From Takakia lepidozioides (taxonomy: Eukaryota > Plantae > Bryophyta), in assembly GCA_030704615.1 (NCBI GenBank), contig CM060734.1, positions 26,970,001-27,034,000 of the forward strand: DNA of 64,000 nt, read 5' to 3'. Positions 61,001 through 64,000 of the stretch are shown piece by piece (position 1 is the stretch's first letter; every line of letters starts with the position of its first letter). The position numbers and the translations under genes are program-made. The notes below the pieces were generated by a model. That model was given only the letters and a program-made list of their open reading frames with translations, did no database searches and had not been told where the DNA came from.

Positions 61001-64000
61001 TTGCGAGTGTGTTGGACATACCTTGTCAGAGGTACGTGTCAAGTATCAGTCAATCGAAATTGATTCAAAGGGTGAACCATCGTTCGATGTTCAAATGATT
61101 TTTGATTGCTTTCAATCTTTGCGAGTGTGTTGGACATACCTTGTCACATGCTCCTCTCAAGTATGAAGTCAATCAAAATTGATTGAAAGGGTGAACCCAT
61201 CGTTCGATGTTCAAATGATTTTTGATTGCTTTCAAACATTGCGAGTGTGTTGGACATACCTTGTCAGAGGTACGTGTCGAGTATCAAGTCAATCGAATTG
61301 ATTCAAAGGGTGAACCCATCGTTCGATGTTCAAATGAATTTGATTGCTTTCAAATCTTTGCGAGTGTGTTGGACATACCTTGTCACATGCTCCTCTCAAG
61401 TATGAAGTCAATCAAAATTGATTGAAAGGGTGAACCCATCGTTCGATGTTCAAATGATTTTTGATTGCTTTCAAACTTGCGAGTGTGTTGGACACCTTGT
61501 CACATGCTCCTCTCAAGTATGAAGTCAATCAAAATTGATTGAAAGGGTGAACCCATCGTTCGATGTTCAAATGATTTTGATTGCTTTCAATCATTGCGAG
61601 TGTGTTGGACATACCTTGTCAGAGGTACGTGTCAAGTATGAAGTCAATCGAAATTGATTCAAAGGGTGAACCCATCGTTCGATGTTCAAATGAATTTTTG
61701 ATTGCTTTCAATTTTTTTTTTTGTTTTTTTTTGGTGTTTTTTCGATTTCAAATGATTTTTTTTTTTTTTGTCTGCGAGTGTGTGGACATACCTTGTCACA
61801 TGCTCCTCTCAAGTATGAAGTCAATCAAAATTGATTGAAAGGGTGAACCCATCGTTCGATGTTCAAATGATTTTTGATTGCTTTCAAACATTGCGAGTGT
61901 GTTGGACATACCTTGTCACATGCTCCTCTCAAGTATGAAGTCAATCAAATTGATTGAAAGGGTGAACCCATCGTTCGATGTTCAAATGAATTTTGATTGC
62001 TTTCAATCTTTGCGAGTGGTTGGACATACCTTGTCACATGCTCCTCTCAAGTATGAAGTCAATCAAAATTGATTGAAAGGGTGAACCCATCGTTCGATGT
62101 TCAAATGAATTTGATTGCTTTCAAACATTGCGAGTGTGTTGGACATACCTTGTCAGAGGTACGTGTCGAGTATGAAGTCAATCGAAATTGATTCAAAGGG
62201 TGAACCCATCGTTCGATGTTCAAATGAATTTTTGATTGCTTTCAATCTTTGCGAGTGTGTTGGACATACCTTGTCACATGCTCCTCTCAAGTATGAAGTC
62301 AATCAAAATTGATTGAAAGGGTGAACCCATCGTTCGATGTTCAAATGATTTTGATTGCTTTCAATCATTGCGAGTGTGTTGGACATACCTTGTCACATGC
62401 TCCTCTCAGTATGAAGTCAATCAAAATTGATTGAAAGGGTGAACCCATCGTTCGATGTTCAAATGATTTTGATTGCTTTCAATCTTTGCGAGTGTGTTGG
62501 ACATACCTTGTCACAGCTCCTCTCAAGTATGAAGTCAATCAAAATTGATTGAAAGGGTGAACCCATCGTTCGATGTTCAAATGAATTTTTGATGCTTTCA
62601 ATTTGCGAGTGTGTTGGACATACCTTGTCACATGTCCTCTCAAGTATGAAGTCAATCAAAATTGATTGAAAGGGTGAACCCATCGTTCGATGTTCAAATG
62701 ATTTTTGATGCTTTCAAACATTGCGAGTGTGTTGGACATACCTTGTCACATGCTCTCTCAAGTATGAAGTCAATCAAAATGATTGAAAGGGTGAACCCAT
62801 CGTTCGATGTTCAAATGATTTTTGATTGCTTTCAAACATTGCGAGTGTGTTGGACATACCTTGTCACATGCTCCTCTCAAGTATGAAGTCAATCAAAATT
62901 GATTGAAAGGGTGAACCCATCGTTCGATGTTCAAATGATTTTGATTGCTTTCAACATTGCGAGTGTGTTGGACATACCTTGTCACAGGTACTGTCAAGTA
63001 TGAAGTCAATCAAAATTGATTGAAAGGGTGAACCCATCGTTCGATGTTCAAATGAATTTGATTGCTTTCAAATCTTTGCGAGTGTGTTGGACATACTTGT
63101 CATGGTACTGTCAAGTATGGAGTCAATCGAAATTGATTGAAAGGGTGAACCCATCGTTCGATGTTCAAATGATTTTTGATTGCTTTCAATCATTGCGAGT
63201 GTGTTGGACATACCTTGTCACATGCTCCTCTCAAGTATGAAGTCAATCAAAATTGATTGAAAGGGTGAACCCATCGTTCGATGTTCAAATGATTTTTGAT
63301 TGCTTTCAATCTTGCGAGTGTGTTGGACATACCTTGTCACATGCTCCTCTCAAGTATGAGTCAATCAAAATTGATTGAAAGGGTGAACCCATCGTTCGAT
63401 GTTCAAATGATTTTGATTGCTTTCAATCTTTGCGAGTGTGTTGGACATACCTTGTCACAGCTCCTCTCAAGTATGAAGTCAATCAAAATTGATTGAAAGG
63501 GTGAACCCATCGTTCGATGTTCAAATGATTTTTGATTGCTTTCAAACATTGCGTGTGTTGGACATACCTTGTCAGAGGTACGTGTCGAGTATCAGGTCAA
63601 TCGAAATTGATTCAAGGGTGAACCCATCGTTCGATGTTCAAATGAATTTTGATTGCTTTCAACTTTGCGAGTGTGTTGGACATACCTTGTCACATGCTCC
63701 TCTCAAGTATGAAGTCAATCAAAATGATTGAAAGGGTGAACCCATCGTTCGATGTTCAAATGATTTTGATTGCTTTCAAACATTGCGAGTGTGTGGACAT
63801 ACCTTGTCAGAGGTACGTGTCGAGTATCAGTCAATCGAAATTGATTCAAAGGGTGAACCCATCGTTCGATGTTCAAATGAATTTTGATTGCTTTCAATCT
63901 TTGCGAGTGTGTTGGACATACCTTGTCACATGCTCCTCTCAAGTATGAAGTCAATCAAAATTGATTGAAAGGGTGAACCCATCGTTCGATGTTCAAATGA
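22018..64000 (+). repeat. 120-bp satellite array (S1), about 350 head-to-tail monomers, candidate centromeric or heterochromatic satellite
   Basis: Monomer A: AAAGGGTGAACCCATCGTTCGATGTTCAAATGATTTTTGATTGCTTTCAATCTTTGCGAGTGTGTTGGACATACCTTGTCACATGCTCCTCTCAAGTATGAAGTCAATCAAAATTGATTG. Variant B carries AAACATTG and CAGAGGTACGTGTCGAGTATCAGG. One orientation throughout, no TE insertion seen, continues past the window end. Confidence 0.98.

Noticed and set aside
22018-64000. Dozens of 60-100 aa ORFs and a CRISPR-like repeat/variable appearance
   Set aside because: These are translations of the satellite. The variable segment has only two main states, there are no unique spacers or cas genes, and the context is eukaryotic.

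Overview
Eukaryotic genomic DNA, most likely from a non-seed land plant (plant-type PHT1 gene, plant tRNA-Gly body, short GT-AG introns, non-chromoviral Ty3/Gypsy integrase). It looks like the edge of a satellite-rich, possibly centromeric or pericentromeric, domain. Bases 1-21.5 kb are a degenerate, TE-rich flank. It holds a small CACTA-type TIR element and a decayed multi-exon minus-strand gene with a ParB/Srx-like DGNHR domain. It also holds diverged satellite monomers, an atypical PHT1 phosphate-transporter gene, a tRNA-Gly-derived gene with a TTC anticodon, a miRNA-like hairpin behind a TATA-like box and a hAT-type MITE. The flank ends in the 3' half of a Gypsy LTR retrotransposon with extra ORFs and a 0.85-kb direct repeat that carries satellite-related units. 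After a 500-N gap, 22018-64000 is one head-to-tail array of about 350 120-bp monomers, with two variants, internal palindromes and recurring 91-bp truncated units. All ORFs listed inside the array are artefacts. The most intriguing thread is that the same 120-bp framework occurs, gap-free but only about 64% identical, directly upstream of the ParB-like gene and inside the LTR-like repeat beside the array.
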